A DNA stretch of 64,000 nucleotides, taken from positions 8,448,001-8,512,000 of the forward strand of contig OZ244999.1 in NCBI GenBank assembly GCA_965223265.1, given 5' to 3'. The notes under the pieces are model-generated. The model made no database searches. It had not been told where the DNA came from and was given only the letters and a program-made list of their open reading frames with translations. Below, piece after piece: positions 49,801 through 57,547 of this stretch; the stretch's first letter is position 1, and each line of letters opens with the position of its first letter. The translations under genes and the position numbers were made by a program. The DNA comes from Planctomycetota bacterium (GTDB taxonomy: Bacteria; Planctomycetota; UBA8108; SXIK01).

Positions 49801-52289
49801 TTGAGGGGGTCGTCGGTGGTGTCATCACGGCCCAGCCGCAAGGTGCGCTCAGTCACGTCGCGATCCGAACCGCCCGGCGTGGCACGCCAAACGCTTTCGT
49901 CGCGCAGGCGCTCACGGAACTCGAAGAGCATGAAGGCGAACTCGTGCGCCTGGAAGTGTTCGATACAGAATACGCTCTTGAACCAGCTACGGTGGAGGCA
50001 GCGGAGGATTTTTGGGCGCGGAATCGCCCAACGCTTTCAGTGGCTCCGACGCTAGATCTCGACTACCGCCGTCTCGACAGCTTTGATGAGATGGACACCG
50101 TCGCGACCGACAGCTATTCGCCGGTGGCGCGCTACGGCGGCAAGGCGACGAATCTGGCTCGACTGCAAACGTTTCTGACTGGCGAGTTCGCGCCGTACGG
50201 CGAGCGGGGATTTGCCATCCCAGTTGCACACTACTTTGACTTCATGCGCTCCAACGTGATCGACATCGACGGGCGAATACTGACGTACGCCGACTATGTT
50301 TTGGAGCTTCTCATGTCGCCAGAGATCCAGTCCGATCCAGCGCGACGCTTCGAGGCGCTCCAGGAATTTCGCTCGCGGGTTCGGGAGGAAGGTGTTGTCG
50401 ATCCGGCCCTGGTGCAGGAGCTGGCCGATCGCATCACGAGTGTTTTCGGTGATGCGACGACCATGGTGCGGTTTCGATCGTCGTCAAACGTTGAAGATTC
50501 ACTCGAGTTCAATGGCGCCGGGCTTTACGAGTCAACCTCGGTATGTGCAGCAGACACACTCGATACAGAGATTCAAAACGGTTCGCACTGCGACCCGTCT
50601 CGCGACAATGCACGCACGATCGAACGTGCCCTCAAAAAAGTCTGGTCGAGCTTGTGGACATTTAGAGCCCACGAAGAGCGCTCTTTCTTTCAGATAGATC
50701 CCGCTGTCGTCGGCATGGCGATCGTCGTCAATCGCGCGTTTCTCGACGAGTCGGCAAACGGCGTCGCGTTCACGGGCAACCCGCGTTCGGCAGCGGACCG
50801 TCGCTACCTCATCACCGCCCAGGTCGGCGAGGAAAGCGTCGTCAGTCCCGAGCCTGGAGTGACGGTCGAACGCGACCTGCTCGACGTGCGCGACGGGGAG
50901 GTCGTGCGCGTCATTCGTGATCGCAGCTCGTCTCTTCTAGAGCCGGGAGAGTCTGTGGTCAGTGACGAGAAACTCATGGAGCTCGGTCGTGTTTTGGCGC
51001 ATGTCGATGCTCGCTACGAGATCGACCCCGGCGAACACGATCCACTGAACATTCTTCTCGACTTTGAGTTCAAGATCGAACGCGACGATTCGTTGGCGAT
51101 CAAACAGGTTCGACCTTTCCTGATTCCCTCGACCGGGCCTGCCACGCCAACCTTCACGCTGGAGATTCCTTCCGGGACTACGGTGTGTGGCGTGTTTTCG
51201 AAAGAGCGCCCCGGGCGGTCGCCGCGCACGGAGCTGGAGAACAAGAGCATCGTGCGCTTTCTCCCCGGAGAGTTTCTTTTGCCGACCGTGAGTGACGTGT
51301 TTTCTATGAACTGGATCGACGAAGTCGTCTTTGGTCCCGAACAGCTCGTCGGATCACCGGCCACCGACGGTGTCGTACGGATGATCCGTGTTGCCGACGC
51401 CGGGGGACAGACGATCTATCGTTTCAATTACGAGCAGACATTCGATCTGCCGACGGGCGCGCAGTTGGGTGTCCAAGTCGTCGGTGTCAGTTTCCGCGGT
51501 CGCGGCTCCGAGGCCATCGATGAGCGTCGGGTTTTGAATGAGGACTACGTGACGTTCGAACTCGTGATGCCGGCGGACCTCGACGGTATCACGAGGTTGA
51601 ACTATGGATCATGCTCGCATCGACTTCTGCCGCAGTTCGAAATCAACGTGACGACAGATGATGGTTCCAGCTTCCGCGTCTACGAGCGTTTTCTCGAGGC
51701 GCTGAGCGATTTCGACACTGGTCCTGCGAGTGTCCAGCGTGCGGAGATCACGATCGGTGCCACCCAGCAGATTGTCGATGACTATTGGCGTCTCGTTTAC
51801 GCAGCGCGGCGCCACAACCTTGACGCAACCTATTGGGTGCTGCTGGATCCTGAGATCGTCGTCGCTGGGATCGAGCAGCCTATCGCGGTCGTCCAAATCG
51901 AAGCGCCGGAGCCACCGGAGAGGCCTGATCCGGCCGTCAGTTTTCTCAGTCGCGACCTCGAGGTGATCGCGCGACCCGGCGTCACGAGTTTTGAGAAGAC
52001 CAGGGTTGTCGCAGTCGATACCTTTGTCCGCGGTGACGCCAACGTCAGCGGCGAGGTCGATATTGCCGATGCGATTGGCATTCTTCGGTATCTCTTTCGT
52101 GGTGAGACGTCGGTGACGTGCGTGAAGGCAGCTGACGCCAACGATGACGGCAAGATCAACGTGTCAGACCCCATCGCCATTGTGCTGCGACTGGTTGCAG
52201 GCCGCGCACCACTTCCCGAGCCGACTTCCTGCGGTGCAGATCCGACTCCGGACGCACTGCTTTGCGACCTGCCCGCGACGTGTCCTTGA
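46842..52289 (+). CDS. Secreted FG-GAP-repeat protein with phosphohistidine swivel plus PPDK-type ATP-grasp domain and dockerin-like C-terminus
   Basis: Signal peptide, DCNGNG..D repeats, more than a dozen D.D.DG..D repeats, GALSHVAIRT, YGGKATNL, RSSSNVED...AGLYES, KKVWSSLW, KQVRP, FVRGDAN...CVKAADANDDG. Confidence 0.9.
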   Translation: MRVGLVRSAAREDDACPPGSRPWRQWTLLGCLLLAAATFATADAGDCNGNGIEDVDDIAAAVSEDCNLNELPDECETVPLPFRGQTRVETPSQVHAIVTADFDADGNQDIAVGYANGLSIALDAVNSASGEISFLDYRFEARSQVWRAGDVDADGDIDLVTVGANRLLIALNDGTGGFGEMQSVLSPDHGLLELAVGDVDSDGRADLAVSNRSSPRVSIVFSRADGTFSDFHHLEVGRNPAAVELTDIDTDGDLDLLVVNRDDDEVSLLLGDGRGEFEPQRRFVVPDRPEEIAMGDLNSDGLVDAVLRHRSAVSVLMNTGSGFDAARSLLFPREFPTSIAAGDVDGDGDIDIVAGFRNPNGSAVFLNRGGGEFNTAVAFPIGLEGTATSTALADIDADGDTDFLQGHVAIPALTIVTNSDASRLIELSFPATIPAQGEPHTAALGDIDGDGDLDFVSGNNNDGDISVLTNPGDGRFVFHSQPLTGASYFSMVLADIDLDGDLDIASSDTRRGSVYAMKNDGGGVFTPSFSVEIGGNPFHLGAADFDLDGDIDLVTCDRSRGFVTPLFNDGSGTFEPQPFAPAGNVPLAVATADFDLDGDVDVATANNGSRDVAVLMNHGDGTFETRVTYPLVARPTFVVAADFDGDGHVDLATANEQSQNVTLFWNQRDGGFQPGGVFGVALPPYSMIASDLDADGFAELVAVSERTSSISVLVNGGDRSFSLSTKHRVGGGPRFAVAGDIDADGTNDIIAANRVGETLTVFHNATRSGPEYLESMCTERDFVTVSVPTGEGTRDGKYVVPARVDPTLLPPLFQNVSRFLLHEDFLSKAFRERFPTLEGDIEQYNQLTGRRGSRDYYVGVLRRMREAPNARYVFTVVADTGFDPREVLNLEEVTWVYNSLMSAFDIAPLEYWPDTELARREAEAWTNAPFSIFFGELGGGFRYEAYTTGTGYGRVRLLTLEEFEAANQTGLFTFQDIVVIEQAPRDIEGVVGGVITAQPQGALSHVAIRTARRGTPNAFVAQALTELEEHEGELVRLEVFDTEYALEPATVEAAEDFWARNRPTLSVAPTLDLDYRRLDSFDEMDTVATDSYSPVARYGGKATNLARLQTFLTGEFAPYGERGFAIPVAHYFDFMRSNVIDIDGRILTYADYVLELLMSPEIQSDPARRFEALQEFRSRVREEGVVDPALVQELADRITSVFGDATTMVRFRSSSNVEDSLEFNGAGLYESTSVCAADTLDTEIQNGSHCDPSRDNARTIERALKKVWSSLWTFRAHEERSFFQIDPAVVGMAIVVNRAFLDESANGVAFTGNPRSAADRRYLITAQVGEESVVSPEPGVTVERDLLDVRDGEVVRVIRDRSSSLLEPGESVVSDEKLMELGRVLAHVDARYEIDPGEHDPLNILLDFEFKIERDDSLAIKQVRPFLIPSTGPATPTFTLEIPSGTTVCGVFSKERPGRSPRTELENKSIVRFLPGEFLLPTVSDVFSMNWIDEVVFGPEQLVGSPATDGVVRMIRVADAGGQTIYRFNYEQTFDLPTGAQLGVQVVGVSFRGRGSEAIDERRVLNEDYVTFELVMPADLDGITRLNYGSCSHRLLPQFEINVTTDDGSSFRVYERFLEALSDFDTGPASVQRAEITIGATQQIVDDYWRLVYAARRHNLDATYWVLLDPEIVVAGIEQPIAVVQIEAPEPPERPDPAVSFLSRDLEVIARPGVTSFEKTRVVAVDTFVRGDANVSGEVDIADAIGILRYLFRGETSVTCVKAADANDDGKINVSDPIAIVLRLVAGRAPLPEPTSCGADPTPDALLCDLPATCP

Positions 52290-52413
52290 CGGCTCTGTTG
52301 AGCGTGCAGCGCTCGCGAAGAAGTGTTTGCTGCTGCTGCGTTGGCTGGTTACCGTGGTGGCCGCTGAGCGGGTCGGATCGAAGTCTTCTGCAGGCGCTAG
52401 GTTGGAGTGATTC

Positions 52414-53175
52414 GTGAGTCGATTGCAGCATCGAGTGGCCGTCGTGACCGGCGGCGGTCGCGGTATCGGACGGGCGACCGCGGCGCTGTTTTTGCGCGAA
52501 GGCGCCTGCGTCGACGTCTGGGAGGTGTCACCGCGCGGCGCAGATCGAGTGCGAGAGCAGCTGCGAGAGGAGCTGGGCTCGACAGCGGGGGAACGCCTCC
52601 ACGTCGAACTCGTCGATGTTGCCGATCCATCGGAGGTCGAGACGGCGCTGCAATCCACACAATCGCGGCGCGGCGGGCTTGATATCCTGGTCAACAACGC
52701 CGGAATCATCGCCGATGGATTTGCCACCGATTTGACGCTCGAAGATTGGGAGCGCGTCCTGCGCGTCAATCTCACGGGAACGTTTCTTTGCTCCCAGGCG
52801 GCGATACCGCTTCTACGCGCGCGCGGCGGCGGCTCGATCATCAACACTTCGTCGATTTCCGCTCTCGGCAACAAAGGCCAGGTCAACTATTCGGCGTCAA
52901 AGGCCGGCGTTGTCGGGCTGACGCGAACTCTTGCGAAGGAGCTGGCGCGTGATGCGATTCGCGTCAATGCTGTCGCACCGGGGGTCATTGACACAGAGAT
53001 GTTCGCACTCGTCCCCGAGAAAGTTCGCAGCAAATTCCTGGCACGAGTGCCGCTTGGGCGGCTCGGTGAGCCGCTCGACATTGCTCGCTTACACCTCTTT
53101 CTCGCGAGCGACGACTCCGCCTACATCACCGGACAGACGATTTTCTGCGACGGCGGCGTGTCTCTCGGCGAATGA
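52414..53175 (+). CDS. SDR, 3-oxoacyl-ACP reductase (FabG-like)
   Basis: TGGGRGIG, NNAGI, GQVNYSASKAG, VNAVAPG. Confidence 0.93.
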   Translation: MSRLQHRVAVVTGGGRGIGRATAALFLREGACVDVWEVSPRGADRVREQLREELGSTAGERLHVELVDVADPSEVETALQSTQSRRGGLDILVNNAGIIADGFATDLTLEDWERVLRVNLTGTFLCSQAAIPLLRARGGGSIINTSSISALGNKGQVNYSASKAGVVGLTRTLAKELARDAIRVNAVAPGVIDTEMFALVPEKVRSKFLARVPLGRLGEPLDIARLHLFLASDDSAYITGQTIFCDGGVSLGE

Positions 53176-53205
53176 GGCAAGGGCGTGCGGTGCGGCGCGT
53201 TGTGC

Positions 53206-53325
53206 TAACAGCCCGCTGAAAGTCACTCGGCCGAAGAAACCGGCCACTTCACGCCCAGACGGGCCGCGTCAATACTCGAAAACCCCGAAGATTCGGCTCG
53301 AAGCACCTTTTCAGGCAGGCTGTTA
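53206..53325. mobile_element. 120-bp MITE-like element
   Basis: Imperfect TIRs TAACAGCCCGCTGAAAG / CTTTTCAGGCAGGCTGTTA with TA at both ends; right end repeated at 8708. Confidence 0.6.
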
Positions 53326-53511
53326 ACGACGCGCTGGCTCTGGCTGGAACGCCTGCATCGCTGGAATCACCCGCCCGCCGCGCAGAAAGAGTACCTCCTG
53401 CGAGAGGATCTGCTCAATCCTTTCCACCGCTGAAAGCGACAGCCACGTCTCCTTCTCGAGGGTGCGAATACTGCCGCGCTCAACGACTTGCACTTGATCG
53501 AAGTCGTACAT
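53323..53511 (-). CDS. 62-aa hypothetical small protein
   Basis: AAGGAGG RBS 8 nt before ATG 53511; sigma-54-type promoter upstream. Confidence 0.75.
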   Translation of the reverse strand: MYDFDQVQVVERGSIRTLEKETWLSLSAVERIEQILSQEVLFLRGGRVIPAMQAFQPEPARR

Positions 53512-53559
53512 AGTGCCTACCTCCTTTCCGGCCGTCCGGACCATTCTCTACTCGAGGTG

Positions 53560-53575
53560 TGCAAGGGACATGCCG
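53560..53575 (-). promoter_or_regulatory. Sigma-54 (-24/-12) type promoter
   Basis: Minus strand CGGCATGTCCCTTGCA, GG-N10-GC. Confidence 0.7.
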
Positions 53576-53674
53576 AAGGCTTGATTCTCGAGCGTCCATA
53601 ACTAAGTCGTTGTCACGAAACGGATAAAGGGTGCGTGAGGACAAACACCCGCGACCTGCCGCCCAACGCATGGA

Positions 53675-53689
53675 GTCCACCTGGTGGAC
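53675..53689. promoter_or_regulatory. Palindromic candidate enhancer (bEBP) site
   Basis: GTCCAC-CTG-GTGGAC 100 bp upstream of the -24 box; IHF-like TGACAACGACTTA (53603-53615, minus strand) lies between. Confidence 0.5.
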
Positions 53690-53812
53690 AGACGCTATGG
53701 ATCTGAGCGGTCGCTGGACGTCGGCGAGCGGACGTTACCTTCAGTTCTTGTCCCTCCTGTGGCAAGCTCATAGGTTGGGTTTCATTGGACACATTGAGAG
53801 CGAGAGATTTGC

Positions 53813-55285
53813 ATGGGTGAGAAGGCACGCGTCCTGGGTGAGCTCGATCGCGGGCGCTACGAACCAAGATCGGTGCGCGAGGAAGTGCGCGCCAACTTGA
53901 TCTCTAAGCTGCGCGCGGGGGAGGCGCTGTTTCCGGGCATCGTCGGATTCGACGAGACAGTGATTCCACAGATCGTGAACGCCCTCTTGGCGCGTCACGA
54001 CATCATTTTTCTCGGCTTGCGCGGCCAGGCGAAGACGCGGATGGCCCGCCAGATCGTCGACCTCATGGACGAGGAAGCCCCCGTCATCGCTGGGTCGCCC
54101 CTGCGGGAGCACCCGCTGGCGCCGGTAACCGAGGTGTCCCGGCGTCTCGTTGCCGAGGCCGGCGGCGACCTGCCCATCGAATGGCTGCCTCGCGAGGAGC
54201 GCTACGGTGAGAAGCTGGCGACCCCCGATGTCACTATGGCCGACTTGATCGGTGACATCGATCCGCTCAAGGCCTCTCACCTCAAGCTTGATCTCGCTGA
54301 TCCTGCCGTGATTCATTTCGGCATCATCCCTCGGACCAACCGGGGCGTCTTCGCGATCAACGAGCTGCCGGACCTGGCTCCGCGCATTCAGGTGGGACTC
54401 CTCAATTTGCTCGAGGAGCGCGATTTTCAGATCCGTGGCTTTCCGATCCGCATCCCACTCGATGTCCTCATGGTGTTCACCGCCAACCCGGAGGACTACA
54501 CCAACCGCGGCAGTATCATCACGCCGCTCAAGGACCGGATCGCGTCGCAGATTCTCACGCACTACCCGCGCTCCGTAGCCGATTCGCGACGAATCACAGA
54601 GGCTGAGGCGTGGCTCGATCGAGGTGAGGCGTGTCCGCCAGTGGAGCTGCCTGATTTTGTTGCCGAGCTGATCGAGGAGATCGCCTTTCGTGGCCGGGAG
54701 TCGGAGTACGTCGACCAGACCTCCGGTGTCAGTGCCCGACTTTCCATTGCGGCTCGAGAGTTGCTCGTGAGCCAAGTCGAGCGCCGTTTGTTGATGCTGC
54801 CTGGAAGTGCACCGTTCCCGCGCCTCGTCGATCTCAGCCAACTCGTCCCAGCCGTCACCGGCAAGGTTGAACTGGTCTATGAGGGCGAGCAGGAAGGCGC
54901 TTTGAAAGTCGTCCGGCACCTCGTGGGAAATGCGTGTCGTGCCGTGTTTGATCGCCACTTTCCCGACATCATCAAGGAAGGCAGCGAGCCTCAGCTCAAA
55001 AGCGATCGATACAAGCCGGTGCTCGATTGGTTCGCCCAGGGAAACCAGTTGGAACTGTCGGATGGGATGTCCGACGACGAGTACGCGCAGGCCCTGAACG
55101 CCGTTCCTGGACTGTCTGCACTTGCCAAGAGTTTCCTTCCCGTCTCGAACCCTGCCGCCCACCGTGCGGTGATGGAGCTGGTGCTTGAAGGGCTGCACCA
55201 GCACTCATTACTCGCCAAAGAAGACGCGACCACGGGAGTTTCATACTCCGATATGCTCGGCATCATGCTTGAGGGTTTGAAGTGA
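53813..55285 (+). CDS. Mg-chelatase-like AAA+ ATPase (Rv0958-like)
   Basis: GLRGQAKT, EKLATPD, FAINELPDL, TANPEDYTNRG..ITPLKDR. Confidence 0.92.
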   Translation: MGEKARVLGELDRGRYEPRSVREEVRANLISKLRAGEALFPGIVGFDETVIPQIVNALLARHDIIFLGLRGQAKTRMARQIVDLMDEEAPVIAGSPLREHPLAPVTEVSRRLVAEAGGDLPIEWLPREERYGEKLATPDVTMADLIGDIDPLKASHLKLDLADPAVIHFGIIPRTNRGVFAINELPDLAPRIQVGLLNLLEERDFQIRGFPIRIPLDVLMVFTANPEDYTNRGSIITPLKDRIASQILTHYPRSVADSRRITEAEAWLDRGEACPPVELPDFVAELIEEIAFRGRESEYVDQTSGVSARLSIAARELLVSQVERRLLMLPGSAPFPRLVDLSQLVPAVTGKVELVYEGEQEGALKVVRHLVGNACRAVFDRHFPDIIKEGSEPQLKSDRYKPVLDWFAQGNQLELSDGMSDDEYAQALNAVPGLSALAKSFLPVSNPAAHRAVMELVLEGLHQHSLLAKEDATTGVSYSDMLGIMLEGLK

Positions 55286-55322
55286 TGGCCCGAAACGTCG
55301 AAGCGTTCGCCGCGAGGTAGCC

Positions 55323-56414
55323 ATGAGAATCCGCTATCTCGACTGGAAGAGCGCTCGAGGTCACTTGGGCGAGCGGCTTAGGTTTCTAGAGAAGCTGTTT
55401 GCGTATTTACTCGTGCGCGAGGACGGTGACGTCGACCGCGCTCTCGAGCTGCTCGAGCATCTCGGTGAACGACACGACCTGTTCGATGACGAGCTGAGCT
55501 TTGAAGATTTCAAGAAACATCTGGAGTCTCGCAAGGTCGTGGCGCAGACCCCGACGGGGTTCTCGCTGACGCCGCGTGGTGAACGTTTCGTGCGCGCCGG
55601 TTCGCTCGCTCAGATTTTCTCGAATCTGAAGCCAGGGCGGGGTGGGCAGCATCGTACGCCCCACTCCGGGCGAGGTACCGAGCGACTTTCCGAGACACGA
55701 CCTTATCGATTCGGCGACGACCCTGAAGACATCGATTTTGTTCGTTCCTACAGAAACGCACTCGAGCGCGACGCTGCCACCGATCTGACGCTACGTGAGG
55801 AAGACCTTGAAGTGTACGAAACGGAGCGTCACGTTTCCGTCGCGACGTGTCTACTCCTCGACGTGAGTCACAGTATGATTCTTTATGGCGAAGACCGCAT
55901 CACACCCGCGAAGCGGGTCGCCCTGGCGTTGGCCGAATTGATCCTGACGCGTTTTCCGAAGGACGCGTTGCACGTGATCTTGTTTGGTGACGATGCACGT
56001 GAGATTTCGATCCGGGACCTAACGTACGCGGGTGTCGGGCCGTATCACACCAACACTCACGCCGCGCTGCGGCTCGCGCGCCGCATCTTGCAGCGAAAGA
56101 AACACGCGAACAAACAGATTTTCATGATCACCGACGGCAAGCCGTCGGCGCTGTTCGAAGGGAATGAACTCTATCTAAACTCGTTTGGCCTCGACCGCAA
56201 GATCGTCAACAAGACGCTCGACGAGGCGGCGGAGTGCCGGCGCTATGGCATTCCGATCACGACCTTCATGATCGCGAGCGACCCCTACCTGATGCAGTTT
56301 GTCGAAAATCTTACCGAGATCAACCGCGGCCGAGCGTTCTTCTCGGCGCTTGGTGATCTTGAGCACATGGTGTTCAAGGATTTCATCAACAACCGTCAGC
56401 GCCGAGTCCGTTGA
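55323..56414 (+). CDS. vWA domain protein, partner of the ATPase
   Basis: MIDAS DVSHSM, YHTNT, MITDGKPS. Confidence 0.92.
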   Translation: MRIRYLDWKSARGHLGERLRFLEKLFAYLLVREDGDVDRALELLEHLGERHDLFDDELSFEDFKKHLESRKVVAQTPTGFSLTPRGERFVRAGSLAQIFSNLKPGRGGQHRTPHSGRGTERLSETRPYRFGDDPEDIDFVRSYRNALERDAATDLTLREEDLEVYETERHVSVATCLLLDVSHSMILYGEDRITPAKRVALALAELILTRFPKDALHVILFGDDAREISIRDLTYAGVGPYHTNTHAALRLARRILQRKKHANKQIFMITDGKPSALFEGNELYLNSFGLDRKIVNKTLDEAAECRRYGIPITTFMIASDPYLMQFVENLTEINRGRAFFSALGDLEHMVFKDFINNRQRRVR

Positions 56415-56821
56415 GTGCTGTCGTCGACTACCGCATCCTGCTCCTGGCCCAGCAGCGACAGATCGTCCTGAATCGGGGAGAGATGTGCCCGCGCTCGAGG
56501 CGATGGATCGGAGCAGGCTCTTGCCATCGGGGAGACATTGCGTAAGATCCGGGGCAAGAGGGGGCCGGCTCGTTACCGGCTTCGAGTCCATCCCTAAAGC
56601 TTGCAAACGAATGACAGCCGGCGATTCTGCCCGTCATTTTTGTAGGCGTTGGGGGTTATCAGGGTGGTGAGGACGAGTGGTTGCATGAACGGTTCGTCGG
56701 CGGCCTGACGGCGGTGGGCCGGCGAAACGGGTTTCCGATGGTGTGCCCCGTGCCGCATCGCGGAGACGTGTGACCGCTTGAAACCGCTCCGAGACGCCGC
56801 CGACCACCGAAGGCAGGGAAC

Positions 56822-57460
56822 ATGAAAACCTATCTCACGGAGTTCATCGGAACGTTCTTTCTCGTTTTGACTATCGGGCTCGCCGTTCTCAGCGGCACCG
56901 ACATGGCGCCGATCGCCATCGGCGGCGTGCTCATGGTCATGATCTACATGGGCGGGCACATCTCCGGCGCGCACTATAACCCAGCGGTGACGCTCGCCGT
57001 ATTCATACGCGGCAAGTGTGCTGCGAAAGACATCGTGCCGTACATCATCGCACAGGTTGTGGGGGCGTTCGCGGCGTCCTGCGTCGTCTACGTGATTCAT
57101 GGGAAGACGTTCGCTGGCCCGGCTCCAGGTGCCGGCGTCAGCGCCGGCACCGCGGTGCTTGCAGAGGTACTCTTCACCTTCGCGCTGGCGCTGGTCATCC
57201 TGAACGTTGCTACGAGCAAGCGCACCGAGGGGAATTCGTTCTATGGCCTTGCCATCGGTTTCACCGTTTTGGCGGGCGCCTTCTCAGTCGGCGGCATATC
57301 CGGTGGGGCTTTTAACCCAGCGGTTGGTATCGGCCCGATCCTCGCTCACGTAATGTTTGGGGAAGGAGGGACGCTTGGGAATCTGTGGATCTATATCGTC
57401 GGCCCCTGCGTTGGTGCTGTGATCGCGGCGATTGTGTTCAAGATTCAGGAAGCAGACTGA
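56822..57460 (+). CDS. Aquaporin / MIP channel
   Basis: EFIGTF, ISGAHYNPAVT, GGAFNPAVG. Confidence 0.96.
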   Translation: MKTYLTEFIGTFFLVLTIGLAVLSGTDMAPIAIGGVLMVMIYMGGHISGAHYNPAVTLAVFIRGKCAAKDIVPYIIAQVVGAFAASCVVYVIHGKTFAGPAPGAGVSAGTAVLAEVLFTFALALVILNVATSKRTEGNSFYGLAIGFTVLAGAFSVGGISGGAFNPAVGIGPILAHVMFGEGGTLGNLWIYIVGPCVGAVIAAIVFKIQEAD

Positions 57461-57547
57461 CTTCGCGCGGGGCCACATCGCGTCCGTTTTACGGACACGA
57501 AGTGGCCCCACGTGTGATGACACGCCATCGCGGCGACGGGAGGAGTC

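Noticed and set aside
46842-52289. Ordinary PEP synthase/PPDK or rifampin phosphotransferase
   Set aside because: Domain order reversed, signal peptide present, no recognisable PEP- or rifampin-binding domain
53768-55204. 478-aa minus-strand ORF (likewise 45767-46786, 57863-58915)
   Set aside because: Antisense shadows of well-supported genes in GC-rich DNA
56670-56685. Sigma-54 promoter before the aquaporin (AGGACGAGTGGTTGCA)
   Set aside because: GG-N10-GC spacing is right but the -24 element is poor; not distinguishable from chance
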